A stretch of 23,875 bases of DNA, the filler included, from an uncultured bacterium (GTDB taxonomy: Bacteria; UBA8481), in assembly GCA_964499705.1 (NCBI GenBank). It is 3 parts of 3 records of this genome, joined end to end, with 100 filler letters (N's around TTAATTAATTAA, not from the genome) between each part and the next. Parts side by side here need not be neighbours in the genome. Positions count along the whole stretch, not along the records: positions 1 to 10,175 come from CAZCME010000041.1; 2 more parts are not named here. One strand, given 5' to 3'. Of this stretch, positions 1 to 7,703 are shown piece by piece (position 1 is the stretch's first letter; the number at the start of each line of letters is the position of its first letter). The notes below the pieces were generated by a model. That model saw nothing but the letters and a program-made list of their open reading frames with translations, was not told the DNA's origin and did no database searches. A program made the translations under genes and the position numbers.

Positions 1-638
1 ACGAACTGCGTGTAGCGGGGATAGCCCTCATATTCGCGCGTGGATTTGTTGTAGCGGAGGAGGCTGTCTTCTCCCGGAAAATTCGGATCGCGGATCCGGT
101 AGTTTATGTGATCGTCATCTTCATCGACGCCCTGGACCATGACCGCATGAGCTTCATTCCTCTCGTTCCGCATGAGCAGAACCTGAGGATTTTCGGGCGA
201 GACATCCGCGGAAGTCATGCTGCCGGCCATGTCGCGCGGCGTGCTCGGGTTGCCGGTGTAGATTTCATTCCAATCCCTGTTGCGCGTCGTGTATTCCTGG
301 GCCAGCGCGGCGAACTGCTCCACGAAGATGTGGTCGCTTGTCTTGGCCAGTTGATTCGCGACCGGATCGGATTGTTCGGAAGCGGATACGGAGCGTGTTG
401 TCGCGGGAGTGGCGACCTCGCGAAACGGCCGGACATGATGAAGACCGAGCCGCATGTACTCGATTTCAGCCCGGACCATCCCGTAGCAGTTGCCGTTCCA
501 GCCCATCGCGCCCGCCGCGGAGGATCCGGAGTAATAGGGAGTGCCGGTGTTGACGACCCCCCAGCCGGTGACCTCCGCGCGGGTCGCCGCCGTACAGCAA
601 ACCAGGCCCATGGCCAGCGCCATCATGAACCGTTTCAT
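1..638 (-). CDS. Secreted papain-like (Cys-His-Asp/Asn) domain protein, 3' end runs off the window
   Basis: Hand translation of the minus strand from ATG 638 is open to the window edge: MKRFMMALAMGLVCCTAATRA (signal peptide), GNCYGM, EAHAVMV, YRIRDPNFPG. Third codon positions are GC-rich. It is absent from the ORF track because no stop codon lies in the window. Confidence 0.8.
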   Translation of the reverse strand, partial: MKRFMMALAMGLVCCTAATRAEVTGWGVVNTGTPYYSGSSAAGAMGWNGNCYGMVRAEIEYMRLGLHHVRPFREVATPATTRSVSASEQSDPVANQLAKTSDHIFVEQFAALAQEYTTRNRDWNEIYTGNPSTPRDMAGSMTSADVSPENPQVLLMRNERNEAHAVMVQGVDEDDDHINYRIRDPNFPGEDSLLRYNKSTREYEGYPRYTQF

Positions 639-713
639 AAGTGTAGTGTGTCACACCGTTGCCCTGTTGCAAGAACGCATCTGTCGTAATTGCAGCTCGC
701 GTACGCCTCGGCC

Positions 714-748
714 CGCGATGTGACATCGCGCAAACGCTCTGATAGAAT
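714..748 (+). promoter_or_regulatory. Sigma70-type promoter with an overlapping palindromic operator
   Basis: GTGACA (720-725), 17 bp spacer, TAGAAT (743-748), with extended TG at 740-741. The palindrome CGCGATGT-G-ACATCGCG (714-730) covers the -35. Confidence 0.55.
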
Positions 749-757
749 GTCTTCACG

Positions 758-994
758 ATGCAGATAGGAAAGCGCGATCTCCACCGTGAAAGGGCGTCCG
801 CAAATTACTTTCTTCGCCAGGTGGAACGCCGGAGCAGCAGCGAGGTATCCTGGGAGATTGTCGAAGCGGACACCGGCCTGACCGTTCTCTCGGGCATCGC
901 CGATCGCGAAGAGGCGCTGCGCGTCATCAAGGCGTGGGAAGCGCTGAGCCGCAAGCGCGAAAAACCGCTCCAGAATCACAGATTCGTCCATTGA
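758..994 (+). CDS. Small hypothetical protein (78 aa), first gene of the GH15 operon
   Basis: Starts 9 nt after a good -10, has GC3-biased codons, and stops 2 nt before the glucoamylase ATG at 997. Preferred over the antisense ORF 635..991. Confidence 0.55.
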   Translation: MQIGKRDLHRERASANYFLRQVERRSSSEVSWEIVEADTGLTVLSGIADREEALRVIKAWEALSRKREKPLQNHRFVH

Positions 995-996
995 AA

Positions 997-3606
997 ATGT
1001 GTCACGCGTTGCTTGCGGCGTGCATTGCGCTGTTCTCCTTGGGCACGGCGAACGCCGATGTGAAGGAAGCGCCGGATGGCCCCGGAATCGCGTCGACGTA
1101 TCAGAGCGGAGGCAAGGAGGGATTCGGCACGTCCATCACGAACGCCTCGCGCGTGTGGTTTACGCTCACGAAGGGGATGGTGAGCGAAGTGTATTGCGGG
1201 CTGATCTCGAACCCGATGATCCGCGGCATCGAGTTCGCGGTGAGCGACGGGAATAGCTTTGTCGATCTGGAGTCCCTGGACATGACCTCCAGCGTGTCGC
1301 TCGTCGATTCGCGCGCCTTGTGCTACGACGTGATTTCATCTCATCCCGATCGCGGATACACGCTCCGGAAGAGGATTTTCACGGACCCGGCCGGGCAGGC
1401 GCTCATCGTGAAGGTGCGCTTCGAGCGATTCCGGGACGATCACCAGCTCTATGTATTGGTCGATCCGATGGGAAATGGATCCGGTGACAGTGATACCGGC
1501 ATCGTGGTCGACGGAGCGTTTGTCCTGCGGGATACGGATTGCATGGTTGTCACGACCGAGGGTGGATTCAAGGACGCGACCGTCGGATATCGCGGCGTCA
1601 ATGACGGCGCGGCCCAGCTGGGCCGATTTCTTCGCCTGGAGAATATTCACTCGGGAGCCCATGGCGGCAACATCGCCTTCGCGGGCCGCATGGAATTCTC
1701 GGGGCTTGCGGCGGAGCGGACTCTCGTTGTCGGATTCGGCCCTGATGAGAACGAGGCGCGCGCGGCCGCGGACGCGGTTCGAGGCCGCGACATGGATCAG
1801 ATCGAGCGGGAATACATTTCCGGTTGGAATAATTTCTGCGCCTCGATCAAACCGCCGCCGGTCGAGGATCCCCTGTATTATTCCAGCGCGATGATACTTC
1901 GGGCCTGCGAGGACAAGGCGAATCCCGGAGCCTTTATCGCATCGCCCTCGATGGGATGGGGAGATATCGGCGGGCCATGGGGCGATTTTCGCGGCGACAC
2001 GAATGATCAATATTACTTCAAGATATGGAGCAGGGATCTGTATCAGACCGCGACGGCGCTGGCGGAGATCGGAGACACCTCATCGGCGATGCGGGCGCTA
2101 TTGTTCCTGGATGAGAAGCAGCAGCTTCCCGACGGGAGTTTCCCGCAGAATTCGGATGTGACCGGCCGGATGTTCTGGCGGACGATCCAGATGGACCAGG
2201 TCGCGTTTCCGATTCTTCTCGCGCACCGGCTGTATTCTCTTGGCGCGCTTTCGGCGGAACGGCATTGGAAGTCGCTTATCAGCCCGGCTGCGGAGTACAT
2301 CGTGGAACACGGACCGTTCACGCGGAACGAGAGGTGGGAGAATCGAGAAGGGTTTTCCCCGGCGTCGATCGCAGCCCAGATCGCCGGCCTCTTCTGCGCG
2401 GCCGATTTCGCGGACCATAACGGCGATGAGACCGTGGCGTTTCGCTATCGCGAAGTGGCATCCCGGTGGGACAGATCGCTCGATCTCTGGACGTACACGT
2501 TCCGATCGAATCGGTTCGACACCGCCGGGCACTACGTGAGGATCGATCCGAACGGCGAGCCGAACGAGAAGTCGACGAACGATGAGGATATCGATATCAG
2601 TTACCTGGAGACGGTTCGATTGGGAGCGCGACAACCGGACGATCCTCTCGTGCGGAACACGATGCTCGCCTGCGACAGGAATCTGGCGAAGGATGTCCGC
2701 GGCCGCGAAGGCTGGCTCCGCTTCACCGGCGACGATTATGGAGAAATGCGCAAAGGAAGAATCTGGCCGCTGCTTTCAGGCGAACGTGGTCATATGGAGA
2801 TCGCCCTGGGACGATCCGCCCGGGATGAAATCGAAGCGATGCGGGACTTCTCGAACGGGATCATTCTTTCGGAACAAGTCTGGGATGAGGGCGAAGAAGC
2901 GGGTCGTGCGACCGGCTCGTGCGCTCCATTGGCCTGGGCCCATGCGGAGTATATCAAGCTGGTTCTTTCCGAGAGCCACGGCCGGATCGTCGATATGCCC
3001 GCGCCGATGCGCGCGCGGCTTGCGGGGGCTCCAGCACACGCCCTTCACCTCTTTCCGTCGTCGATGCAGATAAGCTCGGCGGGAGAGACGTTCGGGATCC
3101 GATTCCATGTGATTACGGATCGCGCGATGGAGCCGCTGGATGTTCGGCTGGATGGAATTCAGGTGGATTACGAATGGAGCAGCGCTGAGCTGCTTGTGAA
3201 ACTGCCGTACGCGACGAAGGATTCGGTGCTTTCCGTCTGGGACACGGCAAGCCGCATGATTTTCGAAGCGAGACCGATCGCGGATGCCGAGGCGGCGGCG
3301 GAGCGGAGCCGGATTCGATACCTGGCGGTCGCGGGATCGTTCAATTCGTGGAACACGGCGGACTCATCGACCGTGATGGCCATGGACAGCGATGGAGCCT
3401 ATCGCCTGATGATCCACCTCAGCCCCGGAAATTACGAATACAAGTATGCCGCCAACGGACGCTGGGAGATCAACTACGGCGGGGAGGCGGAGAAGATCTG
3501 GCAGGACGGCCCGAACTTCCGGCTGACGGTCGCCGAGGAAGGAGACTATTATTTCTCGCTGTCGGAGGAGAGAGGCCAGAGCGTAATATCAGCAGAATAT
3601 AAATAA
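997..3606 (+). CDS. Secreted GH15 glucan 1,4-alpha-glucosidase (glucodextranase-N + GH15 + C-terminal starch-binding CBM48/X25-like module)
   Basis: Signal peptide MCHALLAACIALFSLGTANA. N-domain motifs APDGPG..K.GFGT..SRVWFT..G.VSEVY. GH15 motifs WSRD, QMDQ, RWE, LSEQVWD, PLAWAHAEY. C-terminal VAGSFNSWN...L.PGNYEYK.A.NG.W..NYG. Start is 997 (or TTG 991) rather than 934. Confidence 0.9.
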   Translation: MCHALLAACIALFSLGTANADVKEAPDGPGIASTYQSGGKEGFGTSITNASRVWFTLTKGMVSEVYCGLISNPMIRGIEFAVSDGNSFVDLESLDMTSSVSLVDSRALCYDVISSHPDRGYTLRKRIFTDPAGQALIVKVRFERFRDDHQLYVLVDPMGNGSGDSDTGIVVDGAFVLRDTDCMVVTTEGGFKDATVGYRGVNDGAAQLGRFLRLENIHSGAHGGNIAFAGRMEFSGLAAERTLVVGFGPDENEARAAADAVRGRDMDQIEREYISGWNNFCASIKPPPVEDPLYYSSAMILRACEDKANPGAFIASPSMGWGDIGGPWGDFRGDTNDQYYFKIWSRDLYQTATALAEIGDTSSAMRALLFLDEKQQLPDGSFPQNSDVTGRMFWRTIQMDQVAFPILLAHRLYSLGALSAERHWKSLISPAAEYIVEHGPFTRNERWENREGFSPASIAAQIAGLFCAADFADHNGDETVAFRYREVASRWDRSLDLWTYTFRSNRFDTAGHYVRIDPNGEPNEKSTNDEDIDISYLETVRLGARQPDDPLVRNTMLACDRNLAKDVRGREGWLRFTGDDYGEMRKGRIWPLLSGERGHMEIALGRSARDEIEAMRDFSNGIILSEQVWDEGEEAGRATGSCAPLAWAHAEYIKLVLSESHGRIVDMPAPMRARLAGAPAHALHLFPSSMQISSAGETFGIRFHVITDRAMEPLDVRLDGIQVDYEWSSAELLVKLPYATKDSVLSVWDTASRMIFEARPIADAEAAAERSRIRYLAVAGSFNSWNTADSSTVMAMDSDGAYRLMIHLSPGNYEYKYAANGRWEINYGGEAEKIWQDGPNFRLTVAEEGDYYFSLSEERGQSVISAEYK

Positions 3607-4679
3607 TGAAGTCCTTCATCCCTCATCCCTCATCCCTCATCCCTCATCCTTTTCCCACGATGATCATCGAGCTTTGTCGCAGGGCCATGAAGGAGCACGG
3701 CATTCCGGGCCTCTCGATTGGAATCATTCGGAATGGCCGGCCGTGGCTGGTGGAGGGACTGGGGCGGCAGCGGCTAGGGGAACGCCGGATGGTGGACGGT
3801 GGGACGCTGTTTCACATGGCGTCGATCACGAAGATGTTCACGGGCACCGCGATCATGCAGCTCGTCGAGGAAGATCGCGTCGGGCTGGAGGACAAGGTCT
3901 TGAAGATTATTCCGCGATTTCGGCTGAATGATCCGCGGTTCCGGCGGATCACTCTTCGCCATCTTCTGAAACATACTTCCGGTTTGCCTGACGTGACGGA
4001 TTTCGGCTGGGATCGGCCGGAATACGACGATGGAGCCCTGATGAGGCACATCGATGGCATGTCCGCGCTGCGCCTGCAGAGCGAGCCGGGGAAGAAATAT
4101 TCATACAGCGATCTGGGTTTTGAAGTGCTGGGCGGGGTGATCGCCGCCGTGTCCGGATTGGCGTACGAAGAATATCTCCGCCGCCATGTTCTTGCTCCGG
4201 CGGGAATGACGGAGAGCACGTTCCTTTTGACGGAGGTGGATCATCGGCACCTCGCACGACCGCATGTCCGCGATGCGACAGGAAAGATCAGGCCGAGCGA
4301 GATCTTTCCGTATAACAGGAGGCATGCTCCCAGTTCCACGCTCTATTCCAGCGCGAGCGACATGGTGAAATGGATGAAGGTGCTCGTCGAAAAGGGGAAA
4401 GGTCTCCAGGGGAGAATCCTTCCGCGCTCGGCCTATGGAGACATGTGGCGGCGATCCAATCTCACGCATGGCGTCTTCTGGCTGGAAGTCGGGATGGGAT
4501 TCTTCGCTGGGCGGTACAAGAGGATGCGATTTGTGGGGCATGAGGGGAGCGACCGGGGATTTCGGTCGAGCATGGTCGTGTTTCCCAGATCCGGGTTGGG
4601 GATTTCGATTGCCGTGAATCACGACGGGGAGCATCTCAAGGGCTTGATGGAGTCGATTTTCGAGATTCTTCCTGCCTAG
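3606..4679 (+). CDS. Serine hydrolase, beta-lactamase class C/AmpC-like family
   Basis: PGLSIGI, ASITK (SxxK), LLKHTSGL, YSYSD (YxN variant), GHEG. No signal peptide. TAATG overlap with the upstream stop; alternative start ATG 3660. Confidence 0.88.
   Translation: MKSFIPHPSSLIPHPFPTMIIELCRRAMKEHGIPGLSIGIIRNGRPWLVEGLGRQRLGERRMVDGGTLFHMASITKMFTGTAIMQLVEEDRVGLEDKVLKIIPRFRLNDPRFRRITLRHLLKHTSGLPDVTDFGWDRPEYDDGALMRHIDGMSALRLQSEPGKKYSYSDLGFEVLGGVIAAVSGLAYEEYLRRHVLAPAGMTESTFLLTEVDHRHLARPHVRDATGKIRPSEIFPYNRRHAPSSTLYSSASDMVKWMKVLVEKGKGLQGRILPRSAYGDMWRRSNLTHGVFWLEVGMGFFAGRYKRMRFVGHEGSDRGFRSSMVVFPRSGLGISIAVNHDGEHLKGLMESIFEILPA
3616..3650 (+). repeat. Heptamer tandem repeat (TCATCCC)x4 + TCATCCT
   Basis: Read directly from the sequence; encodes IPHPSSLIPHP if ATG 3606 is the start. 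Confidence 0.95.
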
Positions 4680-4799
4680 GTTGGGCATCTTCCCGCTTCC
4701 TGGGCGACGCGGCCCGCACAGATGCGCTTCGAAACAGCATCTTCGACTTCGAGGCCTTCGACGCCTCCTTGACAATACAAGGGTTTGGCGCATGCGGCG

Positions 4800-4828
4800 T
4801 TGCAACGGCGAGACCCTCCCCGTATGAT
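4800..4828 (+). promoter_or_regulatory. Sigma70-type promoter for the sugar ABC/pil operon
   Basis: TTGCAA, 17 bp spacer, TATGAT, 45 nt upstream of ATG 4874, which has a GGAG Shine-Dalgarno. Confidence 0.6.
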
Positions 4829-4873
4829 GCCTTGCTAGCTGGTCAGTCGAAATTCACTTTCACCGGAGCATCC

Positions 4874-6391
4874 ATGAGCTATCTCGAACTTCGCAATATC
4901 ATCAAGGATTTTCCCGGGGTACGCGCTCTTGACGGAGTCTCGCTTACGGTCGACAAGGGGCGCATTCTCGCGCTTTGCGGGGAAAATGGCGCCGGCAAGT
5001 CGACGCTCATGAAGGTTCTCTCCGGCGTGTACCCGCACGGCGAATACGAGGGCGAGATCGTGATCGACGGAGAAGCTCGCGCGTTCAAGGGAACGCGGGA
5101 AGCGGAGGACCAGGGCGTCGCCATCATCCACCAGGAACTCAATCTCTTCAGCGAGCTGACCGTCGCGGAGAATCTCTTCATAGGGCATGAATCGTCGCGC
5201 GGGGGGATCGTCGACTGGGGCGAATCCTACAGCCGTGCGTTCGCGCTGATGCGCGAGTACAACCTCGATCTCGATCCCGCCGCGCATGTCAACGAATTGA
5301 AGCTGGGGCAGATGCAGCTTGTCGAGATCGTGAAGGCGCTCGAGCGGAAGGCGAAGATCCTTGTCCTCGATGAGCCGACGTCGGCGCTGTCGGACACGGA
5401 AGTGGACAAGCTCTTCACGATCATGCGCCGCCTTCGTGACGACGGCGTCACGATGGTCTACATCTCCCACAAGATCGACGAGCTGAAACGGATCTGCGAC
5501 GAGGTGGCGGTTCTTCGCGATGGACGCAGCGTGCTGGCTCCGACGCCGACGGCAGGGATGACCAAGGACGACATCGTGCGGGCCATGGTGGGGCGCGAGA
5601 TCACCGATCGGTATCCGCATGTCGAAACGGCGCCCGGCCGGCCCGTCTTGGAAGTGGAGGACTGGCAGGTGCGGCATCCGCTTCTGCCCGGAGAATTCCT
5701 CGTGGCCGATGTCGCCTTCCAGGTGCGCGCGGGCGAGATCTTCGGAATCTACGGGCTCATGGGCAGCGGCAGAACGGAGATCCTGACGAGCATCTTCGCG
5801 GGATTTCCGGCCGAATGCTGGGACGGCAAGATCCGGATTGACGGGCAGACGGTCCAGTATACAACTCCCGGCGAAGCCATCGACGCCGGGGTAGCTCTCG
5901 TCACGGAGGACAGGAAGCTCTTTGGACTCATCCTGGGGCTCTCCGTCGGAGCCAACATTTCCATCGCCTCGCTGAATCGCGTCTCCCATAACGGCGTCAT
6001 CGACGACGCGGCCGAGTGGAACAAGAACGAGCGGCTCATCAAGGAACTGAAGATCAAGACGCCGTCCGCCGACCAGATCGTCCGCAATCTCTCGGGCGGC
6101 AATCAGCAGAAGGTCGTCCTGGCGAAGTGGCTCGCGACCGGCCCTAAAGTTCTCCTGATGGACGAGCCGACAAGGGGTGTCGACGTCGGAGCCAAGCAGG
6201 AGATCTACAACCTCATCAACGAATTGAAGAAGCAGGGCGTCGCCATCGTCATGGTGACGAGCGAATTACCGGAGCTGCTGGGCATGAGCGACCGGGTGAT
6301 GGTGATGCACGAGGGCTGGCAGGTCGGGACGTTCGCGCGGGGAGAGATCGACGCGGAAAAGCTCGGCGCTCTGGCGACCGGAAATGCATGA
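4874..6391 (+). CDS. xylG: Monosaccharide (xylose-type, CUT2) ABC transporter ATP-binding protein
   Basis: Tandem NBDs: GENGAGKSTLMKVLSGVYPHG.YEGEI, LDEPT, EDRK, LSGGNQQKVVLAKWL, DEPTRGVDVGAK. The YPHG.YEGEI signature is typical of XylG/GguA. Confidence 0.9.
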   Translation: MSYLELRNIIKDFPGVRALDGVSLTVDKGRILALCGENGAGKSTLMKVLSGVYPHGEYEGEIVIDGEARAFKGTREAEDQGVAIIHQELNLFSELTVAENLFIGHESSRGGIVDWGESYSRAFALMREYNLDLDPAAHVNELKLGQMQLVEIVKALERKAKILVLDEPTSALSDTEVDKLFTIMRRLRDDGVTMVYISHKIDELKRICDEVAVLRDGRSVLAPTPTAGMTKDDIVRAMVGREITDRYPHVETAPGRPVLEVEDWQVRHPLLPGEFLVADVAFQVRAGEIFGIYGLMGSGRTEILTSIFAGFPAECWDGKIRIDGQTVQYTTPGEAIDAGVALVTEDRKLFGLILGLSVGANISIASLNRVSHNGVIDDAAEWNKNERLIKELKIKTPSADQIVRNLSGGNQQKVVLAKWLATGPKVLLMDEPTRGVDVGAKQEIYNLINELKKQGVAIVMVTSELPELLGMSDRVMVMHEGWQVGTFARGEIDAEKLGALATGNA

Positions 6392-6403
6392 GGACGGAAC
6401 AAT

Positions 6404-7690
6404 ATGAAAATCGCAGGCGAAAAGGATGGTGAATCGCGGATGAAGGCTAAAGGATTTTTAAGGGAGAACGGCATGTTCTTCTCGATGCTCATGATCTTCT
6501 TCGTGATGTCGCTCGTCACGAAATGGTGGACCGGCGACTGGACCTTCATCTCCGCGGAAAATCTCTCCAATCTCTCCCAGCAGGTCACCGTCACCGGCAT
6601 CCTCGCCATCGGCATGACGATGGTGATTCTCATCGGCGGCATCGATCTCGGAGTAGGCTCCGTTCTCGCGCTCTCCGCCGCGGTCCTGGCGCTCACGGTC
6701 GATCCTGTCAACGTGGAGCAGGCCGTGAAGAACCCGGGCCTGAAGAACGCGCTCCAGTCTGTCGCAAATCCCGCCACGGGAATTCTGCTGGCATTGGCCG
6801 CGGGAGCGCTGATCGGAGCGTGGAACGGATTCATCGTCTCCCGCTTCAAGCTCCTCTCGTTCGTCGTCACGCTCGCCACGCTCACCATGGCGCGCGGTCT
6901 GGCGTATCTCGTCTCCGGATCGCAATCCCTGACGGTGAAGGCCGATGTCTTCCGGACGCTCGGTGTGTACAGTCTCGACAAGCTCTGCTACGAATGGTGG
7001 TACAAGGCCAAGGGACTGCCCGTTCCGGCCGAGACTTTTCCCGGATTCTCGATAGCGTTCCTCATCCTTGTCTTCGTGGTCTGGGCAAAGCTGCACATGA
7101 ACAAGCGCGATCACCTCATGATGCACGGGCACCCCGTGGAGTCCTCGCAGGCGATGACCGGACGGATCGCACTGAAGGCGGCCGGATGCGCCGCGCTGGG
7201 CCTGCTTTTCGCCTCGCACCAGGGGATTCCCGTCATGGTGATCTTCTTCGCCGCGCTCGCCACGATCGCGCACTTCGTCCTGAACCACACGGTCTTCGGC
7301 CGCCACCTGTATGCCATCGGCGGCAACAAGGATGCGGCGCGTCTCTCGGGCATCCAGGTCGAACGATACACCTTCCTCGTGTTTCTCATCATGGGAGTCA
7401 TGTCCGCGCTCGCCGGCATCGTGGCGACCTCTCGCGCGCAGGCCGCGTCTCCCGCGACGCAGGGCGTCCTCTCCGAACTGGAAGCGATCGCGGCCGTCGT
7501 CGTCGGTGGCACGTCGCTCATGGGAGGCATCGGCACGATCGGAGGCACGGTCATCGGCGTTCTCATCATCGGCATCGTCGTGAACGGCATGATCCTGATG
7601 GCGCTCCCGAATCCCGTTCAGCTCATCTTCAAGGGGCTCCTCATCATGGCCGCCGTGCTGATCGACATGAGAACGAAGGCGCGAAAGTGA
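6404..7690 (+). CDS. xylH: Monosaccharide ABC transporter permease (XylH/GguB type)
   Basis: GMTMVILIGGIDLGVGS, FVVTLA, TVFGRHLYAIGGNKDAARLSGI, ELEAIAAVVVGGTSLMGGIG; many TM helices. Confidence 0.88.
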   Translation: MKIAGEKDGESRMKAKGFLRENGMFFSMLMIFFVMSLVTKWWTGDWTFISAENLSNLSQQVTVTGILAIGMTMVILIGGIDLGVGSVLALSAAVLALTVDPVNVEQAVKNPGLKNALQSVANPATGILLALAAGALIGAWNGFIVSRFKLLSFVVTLATLTMARGLAYLVSGSQSLTVKADVFRTLGVYSLDKLCYEWWYKAKGLPVPAETFPGFSIAFLILVFVVWAKLHMNKRDHLMMHGHPVESSQAMTGRIALKAAGCAALGLLFASHQGIPVMVIFFAALATIAHFVLNHTVFGRHLYAIGGNKDAARLSGIQVERYTFLVFLIMGVMSALAGIVATSRAQAASPATQGVLSELEAIAAVVVGGTSLMGGIGTIGGTVIGVLIIGIVVNGMILMALPNPVQLIFKGLLIMAAVLIDMRTKARK

Positions 7691-7703
7691 AGCGGCTCGC
7701 CTG

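Noticed and set aside
108-689. 193-aa plus-strand ORF, and similar long antisense ORFs (4835..5989, 6458..7807, 10650..12083, 18438..19496)
   Set aside because: Shadow frames of real high-GC genes on the opposite strand.
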